From the NCBI GenBank assembly GCA_019358915.1, contig JAHHIM010000038.1:1-43901 (forward strand): DNA of 43,901 bases, read 5' to 3'. Positions 1 to 9,261 of the stretch are shown piece after piece. Origin of the DNA: Trichormus sp. ATA11-4-KO1 (GTDB taxonomy: Bacteria; Cyanobacteriota; Cyanobacteriia; Cyanobacteriales; Nostocaceae). The notes beneath the pieces are model-generated. The model ran no database searches. It was not told the origin of the DNA and worked only from the letters and a program-made list of their open reading frames with translations. A program made the translations under genes and the position numbers. Within the stretch, counting starts at the first letter, position 1, and every line of letters starts with the position of its first letter.

Positions 1-219
1 CAAAAAATGAAACGCACTGGTATGGATAACGATTATATGATTCAAGTTCTCAGTTCTTGTTTCATTGACTCTACATTAGATTCTTCTCAGCCCTTATGTC
101 AAGCCTGATTGAGATGCTCTTACCCTGACAGTAGAATGTCAGCATAGGCAGTACCAATAAGCGGTACTTTCCGAAAATACTGGCGTAACGTTAATCATTT
201 TTAAAAGGATTTTAGAAAT

Positions 220-927
220 ATGTTCTTCCTTCTTTATTTATCCTGTGGATCTTCAGTCATTTCCCCTTGTATGTTTTTGTGGTGGCTTAACAGACACTTT
301 CAATTGCGGCGAAGACTAGAACCAAATTTCAATGCTCCGAACTCTTTCAACAAAGCTGGACGTAAAATTGCTAGAGACGTTCTATATGAAAACAACTTAA
401 GTGAGCTACCCATCCGAAAAGGCTCAAAATCTAATGATAATGTTTTTAAGTCACAAGAAGGTCGTTATGGAACAATATATCTTAACCCAGAGCATTACGA
501 AAATCCAACTCTACAAGCTTTAGCTGTTAGCGTTCATGAATGCGGTCATGCTATTAATTTTAATAAAGGTCGGTCTTACTTGTCACTTTCTAAATACCTG
601 TGGGGCGGATTTTTCATTCTTAGTATGTTGGCTATTTTTCCACTTTTCTTTTCAGAACCAGCCATTTGGTGGCTTTTTCTATTAGGAGCTTTACCTGGAG
701 CAATGTTAATAGTAGCCAGGTTTTTAGAAGAAAAAGGTGCTACCAGTACGGGTATTAAAATGTTAGAAAAAAATCATTTAATGACGGAACAGGAAAAAGA
801 TTTTGTTAAGCAGTACTTGCATTCTAATCTTTTGCATTATGTGAGTGGTTTTTTTCCTTCTATCCTTGTGTGGAATATTGTAATGGCTCTTCTTGTTTAT
901 AAGGCTATAGGCATCCGGCTTAATTGA
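220..927 (+). CDS. Membrane zinc metallopeptidase, YugP/neutral zinc metallopeptidase-like
   Basis: HExxH motif (AVSVHECGHA), downstream hydrophobic helices and a later EEKGAT glutamate motif. Confidence 0.75.
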   Translation: MFFLLYLSCGSSVISPCMFLWWLNRHFQLRRRLEPNFNAPNSFNKAGRKIARDVLYENNLSELPIRKGSKSNDNVFKSQEGRYGTIYLNPEHYENPTLQALAVSVHECGHAINFNKGRSYLSLSKYLWGGFFILSMLAIFPLFFSEPAIWWLFLLGALPGAMLIVARFLEEKGATSTGIKMLEKNHLMTEQEKDFVKQYLHSNLLHYVSGFFPSILVWNIVMALLVYKAIGIRLN

Positions 928-1009
928 TTTATCTCATCCTTGAAAAGCAAGCAAAGGATATTAAACAGAAAATAATCTTCACAATTAAACTACACCAACT
1001 AACAAACAT

Positions 1010-1912
1010 ATGCTCGACTTTGCGATCGCTCAACAACGCCCCATATTAATTTATGATTCCAACTACCCCTCTATTGCTAAAATCGCTCTTCATGCGAGGG
1101 ATAGAGGCTATGACATTCATATTCTCGCGCCAGGGTTTCCAGAATCATCGACATTGAATCTACTCGATTTACTGAAAGATTCTGCCGACGCTGTAGCTGC
1201 ACATCAGTTAGCGATCGCTATCTGTAAAATTGGACTACTCACTAGCTCGAATCTTGATAGTTTTTCTGCTCCTTCCACCATTCAACTGATTCAAGCGGTC
1301 TTGATGTTGACCAAAGAATTTCAATTGCCTGACATCAAGACTGCTTCTGCCATACTTGGGAGCCAATACCTGACAGAAAGGCTGATGACTGCTAACTTAA
1401 ATCCGTGGCTCCAGGTGGCGTTTGGGCAACTATTTAGTACAGTAGGGACTAAAACCAATGCTAGTATAATCTCCGCTGCTTCTGTAATACTCGAAAAATT
1501 CATTGCAGCACAACTTACTGACGATTGCTTTTTGGGAAAGACAACTTTCCCCCTAAAAATCAAAGACAAACAATTGATAGTTTTGGGGTTTAATCCTAGA
1601 TATCAGGAGATTTTAACGCCTTTGATGTCTAGCATTTTGCATATCATCATTAAGAACAATGCTGTCCATCAATGCTTTCATCCCTTTGTATTGACCACTG
1701 ACGAATCTCCTTTTAGCTCTTTGCCGAAAGATATTTGCGTTCCTATCATCAAAAACTCGCCCCAGGTGGATAAATCTAATCACGAAGATTGGAACGATTT
1801 GATTGCTGACATTGTTCGCAAAAAAACTCAGCATCGCATCGTCCAAGATGATTTAGATGTTAGGAAATTAGAAATAGAGCGAAACTTCCCTATCCCAGAA
1901 TTCGCTAACTAA
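1010..1912 (+). CDS. Degenerate/truncated type IV coupling protein (VirD4/TraD-like) paralogue
   Basis: ILIYD..YP, GYDIHILAPGFPES, NLLDLLKD and LTTDE segments resemble cyanobacterial plasmid T4CPs; no Walker A or N-terminal TM segment seen. Confidence 0.55.
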   Translation: MLDFAIAQQRPILIYDSNYPSIAKIALHARDRGYDIHILAPGFPESSTLNLLDLLKDSADAVAAHQLAIAICKIGLLTSSNLDSFSAPSTIQLIQAVLMLTKEFQLPDIKTASAILGSQYLTERLMTANLNPWLQVAFGQLFSTVGTKTNASIISAASVILEKFIAAQLTDDCFLGKTTFPLKIKDKQLIVLGFNPRYQEILTPLMSSILHIIIKNNAVHQCFHPFVLTTDESPFSSLPKDICVPIIKNSPQVDKSNHEDWNDLIADIVRKKTQHRIVQDDLDVRKLEIERNFPIPEFAN

Positions 1913-2439
1913 AACGCTGTGTCCTTATCGAAAGGCAGACTGTCAGCGTCCTCAAAGTTTCGCAGGTCTTGTTGCATCTGCTTCAGCCGTTGACCGTATG
2001 TTCTGCTGGAAGCCCTTATCCTATTCATCTCTTGTTCACCAAAGTTGATGCCTTGTTCTGCATATTCAGCAGATACCGCATTGTAATTATCTACATCAAT
2101 TTTTTTGCGGCGCTCTTGGTCTTCGAGCGCTCCTTCACTAAAGCCCTTTTGTAAGGCTTCTTCTAGATACTCTGCCCTGAGAGAACCGTCAGGGTTAAAC
2201 TGCCGTTTCTCTTCCTCTGTGAAGAAATCGTAAGCAGTGTAAACAGGCCACGGCTCTGGGTCGGTTTCATCTAGGTGCTTCCATTCGTCATATTGTTTTT
2301 TTAATCGACGAGCATAACTATCAACTGCTCCCGGATGTGCGCCATTAGATAACTTTTGCTGTCTTACTTCATCTTTCAATGTTCCATCAGCATTAAATTC
2401 TTTACCATGCATATTGATCCAACGTTTTATTCGTGACAT
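1909..2439 (-). CDS. Hypothetical acidic protein, divergent from the polymerase-like gene
   Basis: 176-aa ORF with GGAGG SD (cctcc at 2446-2450); internal repeat EFNADGTLK / QFNPDGSLR. Confidence 0.75.
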   Translation of the reverse strand: MSRIKRWINMHGKEFNADGTLKDEVRQQKLSNGAHPGAVDSYARRLKKQYDEWKHLDETDPEPWPVYTAYDFFTEEEKRQFNPDGSLRAEYLEEALQKGFSEGALEDQERRKKIDVDNYNAVSAEYAEQGINFGEQEMNRIRASSRTYGQRLKQMQQDLRNFEDADSLPFDKDTAF

Positions 2440-2466
2440 ATCAAACCTCCTAAAAATTTTTAATTC

Positions 2467-5400
2467 TTGAAAATTATGACACTAAAACTTAAACACTGTG
2501 ATGCTAGGCTCAATCAATGGATTCACATAGATGGCGATAACAAGAATCCTGAATCAATTTTAACTGAAGAATTAGATAATACACTACTTGAATCATACTT
2601 TCCAAATAAAGATTTTTCATTTGGATATGCAGATGAATATAGTAAACCAGATGATTTACGAAATCATCCAGATGGTCATATTCTTCTGCTATCTTCAAAA
2701 ACTCGATTACTCTACGGCCCATCAGAATGTTTGGAAGTAATTGAAAAACTTTGCCCAGATCGTAAAGACCGAAGTGGTTACGGCTCTATCTTTCTTGGTG
2801 CTTGTAAAAATTCAATCAGTGAACAGCTAAATATTCTGGTAGTAGATGATTCAACTGATGGAAAGGGAGAAAACGGAGGAATACTTAACAATAAAAATGC
2901 TTGGAAACTGGTAGGAGATTGCTATGGTCAAATTTCCACTGAATTATATGATAAATTAACCAAAAGAAACGAACAAGAAGATAAAAGTTATCGGGTAATT
3001 CAACATCGTTTTGGCTGGAAAGAGCAAAGTGGAGAAGATACTAAGTATCGCTTTGGTAAAGGGACACTGCGACCCTACAACCTGGATAGCATAGAATATG
3101 CTAATCCTAGCAATGAACCCAAAATTGACCTGATTATCCCCATCTCTAGTTTCAAAGGAACAGATAAAGATAATCCCAAAGGCCCAACTAAACCACAAAT
3201 AAAACCAGGACTATACCAGCAAAATATTTGGTTGGGTGAAAAGGCGCAATCCGAGAAGGGTAAGATGTCCATTTCGCAACTACTAGCATCTTTTCCTCAT
3301 GGACTTAAAGATTTTATTGAGGAGCTAGAAATACAAGCTCAAAAACTAGCAGAAGCTCAGAATGATCCTAGAAAGGTTGCACAAATTTATTGTGAGAAAT
3401 ACGAAAAACGTCAGGAATTAGTGAACCCGAAAAAAAATACTAATGACCTGGATGAAGATGAAGAAACTGAGAATAATACTGGAACCAACCAGTTAATGTA
3501 TAAACTCATTAAATCAGATTTGCTGGGACATAATCAACTGATAGAAACTGAGAAGATAAAACTAGAACTACAAAGATTTATTCAGAATGAATGGAAGAAT
3601 ATTGCACTTGGCAGAACTATAACTTTTGACCGGGGAATGATTATCCCATCCAAGGATTTGAAAAATGGTGAAATTTGCGTGCCTTGGATAAAACAAGATA
3701 AAAAAGTTCTTAACTTTCGCTCTCCGTTTCTAAATTCAAATGGCTTATGTGTCTCTGTTAATAAACACGTTGATGATCGTCTAGCCCCAGATGGTACAGA
3801 TTTAGAAGGAATTATTGTAGTCAACGATGAAGACCATAAACGGATAAGGTCAAGAATCACAGAGTTAGAAGCACAAGGAATTGATGTTGATTTTATAGAC
3901 CCTGCCGAAACAGAATCAGAGCGTCAGGCTAGAGATTTTGATGGCGACTGTATTGGGGTGGAAATTGCCAGTAAATATCCCAATTTCACAGCCGAAGCAG
4001 AAAAGAGAAACGAACCTGAAAATGCTTATGCTCCTACAGATAAACCCGGTAAACAATCTTTTTACGACCCTACAACTGGGGAACAACCACCCTTTGAAGT
4101 AATCGCTATCCACATGAGCGATAGAATTAGTGTGGGGATTATCAATAACCAAGTCACAGCACTAGAAGCATTAGAGTCAGAAATTGAAGTCTTCAATACT
4201 TATGGAACACTTGAGCAAAAGTCGCAATATTTAGACCAAGTTTCCAGCCATTATCAGAGTTTATTTGAACAGGAACATTATGATAAACCAAAACCAAGTA
4301 GGGCAGAATATAAGCCCTATATGCAACAGTTTGTAGCCCTGGCTGAAAATCCCAATAGAACGCCAGAAATCATGCAACAGGCGATGGATGTTAACCGTAA
4401 AATGTATCGCCAGATGATTGAAGAAGGCTGTTACCAAAACCAAATAGCCGTGGATTTATTCAAAAGTTCTAGAAAACCAGAAATGGATTTAATCAGGGAG
4501 AATAAACGTTATTTGTATAGAGATGTCTCTTATATTAAAGATAAAAAATTAAAAGTAATTTATTTAAACAATGGTATTAATACCAAAGGTTACTCACCAG
4601 TAGAATTATTAATCAACCAAACTAATAAATACTTCCACGAATCTAAACTTGAATCACGCCCGATAGTTCAGTTTCAAGATTTATTCAAGGGGGTAGAATT
4701 TACCCCACAGCAAAGGTTTTCTGCCATTCTTGCCAAGCAGGAATTTGATCAGAAATTCAATGCAGCTGTAGAGATGGAGCGACGACGGGAGACTGAGCGA
4801 GGGCCATCAGCCATAATTCAAACAAAGCAGGGGTCGCAATTAGAAATTACGAACTTGACTCGCTATGGGCATCCAGGTATTTGGAAAGGAAAATCACTCA
4901 ACATAGAAATCAAAGAAATCCCTGAGCAGTACCGCACTTGGGATCGCCCTCATCAATTAATGGCGATCGCTCAAATTGATGGGGAGATGGAAGATGGCAA
5001 ACCCAAATACCGTAAACTTGGGACAGTCAGCCAGCAGTCAGTAGAAGATTACAACCTAAAACCAGGGATGATAACTACTGGGGCTGAGGTCAAACAATTG
5101 AAGCCAGAACTCAGCAGTGAACAATTGAATTTATTGTTTCGGCAAGTTTCTAAAATTGCTTATACGTTTCATGATTCCATCCCAAAAGCTGAGAGGTTAT
5201 CGGCGGCGGCAGCAGCCTGGAATATTTCCGCCAGTAGACAGGATGAAGTGGAAAATAAGCAGCAAGATGTTAAAAAGAAGGTATCCAATTTCGCATTTTT
5301 TGCTTTCCCCAATGAAATTGTGTCACGTCTGGATGAACTGCAATTTACAGAAATGAAATTAGTGACGATTGACAATGAGGCGAACAATTTCAAAGGGAAA

Positions 5401-7218
5401 GTTTGGAACCCAGATGAGAAATATTCGGTTGAAATTAGAGGTTCTCACCATCCCCAGGATCATGAACGTCATGGTTCCCGGTTGATATTTGTGCAAGACA
5501 GTGATGGTGAATATAAAGAATTCGCCATGTTAGAGCCAAGAACGGGGCAATTACCTATTGGTACAAAGGCTCAAGTCAATATAGTACCGGGGGAAACATA
5601 TACAGCTACAGGTACTATCCAGCAACCAGGGAAAGCACCGATTGAATTTACTATTAGAGAAATCAGCAAATTTTCATATTCTGGTCAAGAATTCAATGCC
5701 CAACCAGTTAACTTGTCAATTGGTACTGTCCCGGTTCCTAATCAAGCAGTAACAATCCAGTTTGATGGCAAAACACTGGGAGAATTAGATGCTGATTCAG
5801 TTAAACAACTTGAGCAAATTAACTACCTGAAACATGGCAATCAACTCAACCTGAAATTCACACCTATTGGTGATGATAATAAAACCACAACTTTAATTGG
5901 TGAATCGCCCCAAGGAAATTTGTTAAAAATTAATAAAGTTGATATATATGATTTTCAGAAGGAATTATTTACTGATAGAGACTATAAAAAAGTCACTTTA
6001 GAAATTCCCCAATCAAAAACTAGACCCGCAGTATTTTTGGACGGTAAACCATTAGGGGTACTGCATTTCAAAAAAGACAAGGAAGCACTCAAAGAGTTAG
6101 GAGTTCTGCAATTTGGTAAACTAACTGAAGTGCCAGCCACACTACAAAGCAATTTTAGTCATACCTTTGTTAAAATTGACCCCAACACAATTGAATATCC
6201 ACAAACGTGGACTAAAGAAAGACAAGTTTTCCCAGATACTTCAACAGTAACACCGCAACAGAAGAGGGTTGAAAAAAGTGCGCCGTTGCTACAAAAAATT
6301 AAAGAACGTCCCACTATTTTGTTTACAACGCCAGAAGATAAAATGCTAGGAATAATGGGGATGGCTGTGGATAACCATAAGGTTGAAACTGTTACCCAGT
6401 GGCTCGAAAAGCAAGATGTAACTTTTACTCAAATACCAGCACAACAAGTGCCACGGGAAACTAAAAAAGGATTGGCGGTGTTTAACTTGGTTACAGCTTC
6501 CATCCCAAGACAAACTGCTGAAGCGATGACTAAAAAGTTTGGAGAAGTGATTGAGTCAGTAGATGAGTATCAGCAGAAGGTTAAATCATTACCTAATCGA
6601 CCACAAAAATTAAGCAATAATAATCCAGTTAATACATCTAATATTGACCGTTCTAATGCTGTAGTAAATTCTTCTGCTAACCCTCAATCTGATAAATTAG
6701 ACTTACCAAAAACTCAAAGTAACTCTCAGGAAAATGCCATTCAAAATACTGCAAATCAAGAACTAATAACTATTGATAAATTGAGAGATTGGTACACTTT
6801 TGCTGACAAGTTGGGTAAACCAGAACAGTATAAACAACGGATTGTGGAAGTAGGCAATCAGTTTAAATCTGGTCAACAATTATCAGATAAAGCTGTAGCA
6901 GCCATGAACAAAGATACTCAAGAATATCAATCCATTAGCCGACTGACTCAAATTGCTCAAAGAATAGGTATGGTGTGGGGGAAAGTTGAACAAGATGGTT
7001 CTACCCAAGTTCAGGGCAAAATGTATGATTTAACTTTTAACGCTGAGCGTAAAGATTTAACTATTGCTCATAAAAATGGTGAGGTGATTTTAAATTTGCA
7101 ATCGGGGAAGGTTCAAACTAATCAAGTCACACCTGAATTATTGCAAACTTTTGAAGAAGTTAATAGCCAAATTGACCAGAAAGAGAAGAAGCATAAAGAA
7201 CAGGAAGCGGAGATTTAA
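2467..7218 (+). CDS. Putative single-chain two-barrel RNA polymerase (cellular RdRP/YonO-like) with long C-terminal extension; start may be ATG 2476
   Basis: Ordered motifs GDCYGQIS, IQHRFG..GKG, FRSPFL, RDFDGD (3931-3948), VGIINN, IAVDLFKS. Confidence 0.8.
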   Translation: MKIMTLKLKHCDARLNQWIHIDGDNKNPESILTEELDNTLLESYFPNKDFSFGYADEYSKPDDLRNHPDGHILLLSSKTRLLYGPSECLEVIEKLCPDRKDRSGYGSIFLGACKNSISEQLNILVVDDSTDGKGENGGILNNKNAWKLVGDCYGQISTELYDKLTKRNEQEDKSYRVIQHRFGWKEQSGEDTKYRFGKGTLRPYNLDSIEYANPSNEPKIDLIIPISSFKGTDKDNPKGPTKPQIKPGLYQQNIWLGEKAQSEKGKMSISQLLASFPHGLKDFIEELEIQAQKLAEAQNDPRKVAQIYCEKYEKRQELVNPKKNTNDLDEDEETENNTGTNQLMYKLIKSDLLGHNQLIETEKIKLELQRFIQNEWKNIALGRTITFDRGMIIPSKDLKNGEICVPWIKQDKKVLNFRSPFLNSNGLCVSVNKHVDDRLAPDGTDLEGIIVVNDEDHKRIRSRITELEAQGIDVDFIDPAETESERQARDFDGDCIGVEIASKYPNFTAEAEKRNEPENAYAPTDKPGKQSFYDPTTGEQPPFEVIAIHMSDRISVGIINNQVTALEALESEIEVFNTYGTLEQKSQYLDQVSSHYQSLFEQEHYDKPKPSRAEYKPYMQQFVALAENPNRTPEIMQQAMDVNRKMYRQMIEEGCYQNQIAVDLFKSSRKPEMDLIRENKRYLYRDVSYIKDKKLKVIYLNNGINTKGYSPVELLINQTNKYFHESKLESRPIVQFQDLFKGVEFTPQQRFSAILAKQEFDQKFNAAVEMERRRETERGPSAIIQTKQGSQLEITNLTRYGHPGIWKGKSLNIEIKEIPEQYRTWDRPHQLMAIAQIDGEMEDGKPKYRKLGTVSQQSVEDYNLKPGMITTGAEVKQLKPELSSEQLNLLFRQVSKIAYTFHDSIPKAERLSAAAAAWNISASRQDEVENKQQDVKKKVSNFAFFAFPNEIVSRLDELQFTEMKLVTIDNEANNFKGKVWNPDEKYSVEIRGSHHPQDHERHGSRLIFVQDSDGEYKEFAMLEPRTGQLPIGTKAQVNIVPGETYTATGTIQQPGKAPIEFTIREISKFSYSGQEFNAQPVNLSIGTVPVPNQAVTIQFDGKTLGELDADSVKQLEQINYLKHGNQLNLKFTPIGDDNKTTTLIGESPQGNLLKINKVDIYDFQKELFTDRDYKKVTLEIPQSKTRPAVFLDGKPLGVLHFKKDKEALKELGVLQFGKLTEVPATLQSNFSHTFVKIDPNTIEYPQTWTKERQVFPDTSTVTPQQKRVEKSAPLLQKIKERPTILFTTPEDKMLGIMGMAVDNHKVETVTQWLEKQDVTFTQIPAQQVPRETKKGLAVFNLVTASIPRQTAEAMTKKFGEVIESVDEYQQKVKSLPNRPQKLSNNNPVNTSNIDRSNAVVNSSANPQSDKLDLPKTQSNSQENAIQNTANQELITIDKLRDWYTFADKLGKPEQYKQRIVEVGNQFKSGQQLSDKAVAAMNKDTQEYQSISRLTQIAQRIGMVWGKVEQDGSTQVQGKMYDLTFNAERKDLTIAHKNGEVILNLQSGKVQTNQVTPELLQTFEEVNSQIDQKEKKHKEQEAEI

Positions 7219-7300
7219 TTATATGAATTTCTTAAATTTTTCATTCGCTGTAATTATTTTAATTATAATTGTTTGTTCAATTCAATGTTTTTGGCTTTAT

Positions 7301-7416
7301 CAAGAAAGGCAGAAAGGCAGGAGGCAGAAGGGAATTCTACTTCCTGCTCTTTGCCTACGACTGGAAGGAGTAAGGGTTCCTTCTGCCCTCTGCCCTCGTA
7401 CTTCTGCCTTCTTCAA
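7301..7416 (+). mobile_element. 116-bp heptamer-armed non-autonomous element (TTAT|CAAG...TTCTTCAA)
   Basis: Inverted GGCAGAA/TTCTGCC arms; removal restores the host frame; internal core degenerate. Confidence 0.7.
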
Positions 7417-7465
7417 TATTCATGGATTAAGGTCAAGCTACTGCATACAGAAATTGAAAATAGAA

Positions 7466-7645
7466 TTGAAGAAGTCAGGAGCCAGGAGTCAGGAGTCAGA
7501 ATCAATGAGTTGGGGATTCTGACCCGCCACTCATTGTAGACCACCATATTTTTAATTTGGTGGGGGTCTTATACCCAATTATTCATCCGCCAGTCACACA
7601 GAATTCAATTCTGAATTCTGAATCCTGACTCCTGAATTCTGTTTG
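7466..7645 (-). mobile_element. 180-bp heptamer-armed IS200/IS605-like non-autonomous element (minus strand TTAT|CAAAC...TTCTTCAA)
   Basis: AGGAGTC/GACTCCT arms, conserved double-hairpin core, removal restores the host frame. Confidence 0.8.
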
Positions 7646-7722
7646 ATAATTTAACTGGTTACAGAGTAGTAGAAACTTTGCTTCAAAAAGAGAAAATCAC
7701 CGGGATATCCATAAAGCATGAT

Positions 7723-8460
7723 TCAAAAGTTAACGCTGCTAGTTACATGTTGTAGAAGAAAGTGAAAATTAACTTTCTGAGATTGAGGAATACCTATAAT
7801 AGTTGTAGTTGAAGAAACTTGATGTTGAACCAAACTAGGATAAGTAACGAAATAGATTTTTTTAATACTATCCTGTCGAGGATAAATAACATCTTTACTT
7901 AAATCCATAATTTGATTAATATTCAGATTGTTAGGATGATTATTTTGATATAGTTCCCACATTTGGGATAACCATACCTTTGTCTCATTATGATGCCTCC
8001 AATAACATATTGGAGATAAAGTTTCTACTAACTGTTGTCCATATTCTTGAATGGCTTGTGCATACTGAAATTGTTTCCAAGCATAACGTTGCTCTATGTG
8101 ATTACGAATAGCCACCCAATCTAATAAGGGTATATTTGTGGCATCCAAAGAGTAATTTTTAATGAAAAATTGGTATTGAGATATTTCTGATTCAATTTCA
8201 CTGTTTAAATTTTCAATCTTACACAGCCATCGAGGGTCAAATACAGCGACAAGAGTTGCTAACCATTCATACCATTGTTCTGCTTTTATTAAGGAGTGTT
8301 GAAGAGAAGTTTCAATTGAATGTAAATCAAAGGGAGAAACTTTAGTATTACTCTCTATTAATACCCAGACGGCAAAATCAATTTGTTCATTAAATGACAA
8401 TTCAACAAATCCAAGCTGATTGTCCAAATGGAACACTGATGATAAATCTTGTAAGTACAT
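7723..8460 (-). CDS. Hypothetical protein
   Basis: 245-aa ORF, no motif recognised. Confidence 0.65.
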   Translation of the reverse strand: MYLQDLSSVFHLDNQLGFVELSFNEQIDFAVWVLIESNTKVSPFDLHSIETSLQHSLIKAEQWYEWLATLVAVFDPRWLCKIENLNSEIESEISQYQFFIKNYSLDATNIPLLDWVAIRNHIEQRYAWKQFQYAQAIQEYGQQLVETLSPICYWRHHNETKVWLSQMWELYQNNHPNNLNINQIMDLSKDVIYPRQDSIKKIYFVTYPSLVQHQVSSTTTIIGIPQSQKVNFHFLLQHVTSSVNF

Positions 8461-8485
8461 ACGTAAATTTTTGAGAAATACAAAA

Positions 8486-8528
8486 AAATCTTAACAGTAA
8501 TTATAGCAATCAATTACTGTTAAGATTT
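8486..8528. terminator. Perfect 17-bp inverted repeat (hairpin; terminator or RNA-stability element)
   Basis: AAATCTTAACAGTAATT-N9-AATTACTGTTAAGATTT just downstream of the 8540 stop. Confidence 0.55.
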
Positions 8529-8539
8529 ACTTTTAGATA

Positions 8540-8956
8540 CTATTGATAGGCTGCTGTACAGGTAGCAGCAAGCTCTGGGTCAATCGTATAAACATAAACA
8601 CCTCTAGTAGAAATTCCAGATGCAAAACCTTTGATAGTTGCAGCCTCATGCAAATTTCTCCGATTAGGAAAGAAAGCTTTCCTAAAAATTGTAGTTTGTC
8701 CTTGTGGTAAAATTTCGTTAAACTCTTGGGTAGCTTTTCCTCCAATTGTTATTGTAAAAGCTATTTGTCGGATCGGTTTATCCATGTCTGCAACGCTCAC
8801 AGACCACAAAACCTCTGTGCCGTCTGGAAAAATAGTACAATCAATACTAGCGATTCCTCCAGGTAGGCTACGCCGATTTCCTGCTGCAAAAGCTGTATTG
8901 TGCAGGAGGAGTAGACTCATAGATATAAAAGCAGTTAGTCTAGATTTTAGTTTCAT
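8540..8956 (-). CDS. Putative secreted protein
   Basis: Likely start ATG 8956 gives signal peptide MKLKSRLTAFISMSLLLLHNTAFA. Confidence 0.6.
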   Translation of the reverse strand: MKLKSRLTAFISMSLLLLHNTAFAAGNRRSLPGGIASIDCTIFPDGTEVLWSVSVADMDKPIRQIAFTITIGGKATQEFNEILPQGQTTIFRKAFFPNRRNLHEAATIKGFASGISTRGVYVYTIDPELAATCTAAYQ

Positions 8957-9066
8957 GATGAGAATCCAAGGTGAACAGTTTTCACCTGCTTTTGGCGTAG
9001 CCATACTTGCACTTAACAATTTGAGAAAAATAAAGCGATGGGTAAAAACTCCATCGCTCTCCACAA

Positions 9067-9255
9067 TTAACTTAAAATATTAATCACCGCAGCCAGAACA
9101 GCCGCAGCGCGTAGGCGTAGCCCGTCGCAGACATCGCCAGTTGGTACGAATATCCGCTTGCGCCACTGAATAATTTCAGTGAAACATCCAACGGCAACAA
9201 GCCCGTCAGCCAAGGACAGGGCGTTGACTAACTCTATGCGTGGTTCACCAGCAAT
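9067..9255 (-). pseudogene. C-terminal remnant of a strawberry-notch-like plasmid helicase/methylase
   Basis: GEPRIEL..GCFTEIIQWRKRIFVP motif; 5' part replaced by an IS remnant. Confidence 0.55.
9109..9137. repeat. SDR5-type 21-nt insertion inside a HIP1 site
   Basis: GCG[TAGGCGTAGCCCGTCGCAGAC]ATCGC. Confidence 0.8.
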
Positions 9256-9261
9256 GTAAGA

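Larger units (their letters stand above)
7223..7755 (+). pseudogene. Short membrane-anchored ORF (78 aa when reconstructed; resembles a YugP-like N-terminus) interrupted by two small elements
   Basis: Removing 7301-7416 and 7466-7645 restores MNFLNFSFAVIILIIIVCSIQCFWLYYSWIKVKLLHTEIENRNNLTGYRVVETLLQKEKITGISIKHDSKVNAASYML*. Confidence 0.65.

Noticed and set aside
2510..5393. Short ORFs overlapping the polymerase gene (likewise those over rep and topA)
   Set aside because: Shadow frames without motifs or ribosome-binding sites
7151..7539. ORFs 7151-7522, 7273-7539, 9388-9618, 32491-32727 and 36105-36548 as genes
   Set aside because: They are read-throughs of repeat elements or antisense shadows of real genes
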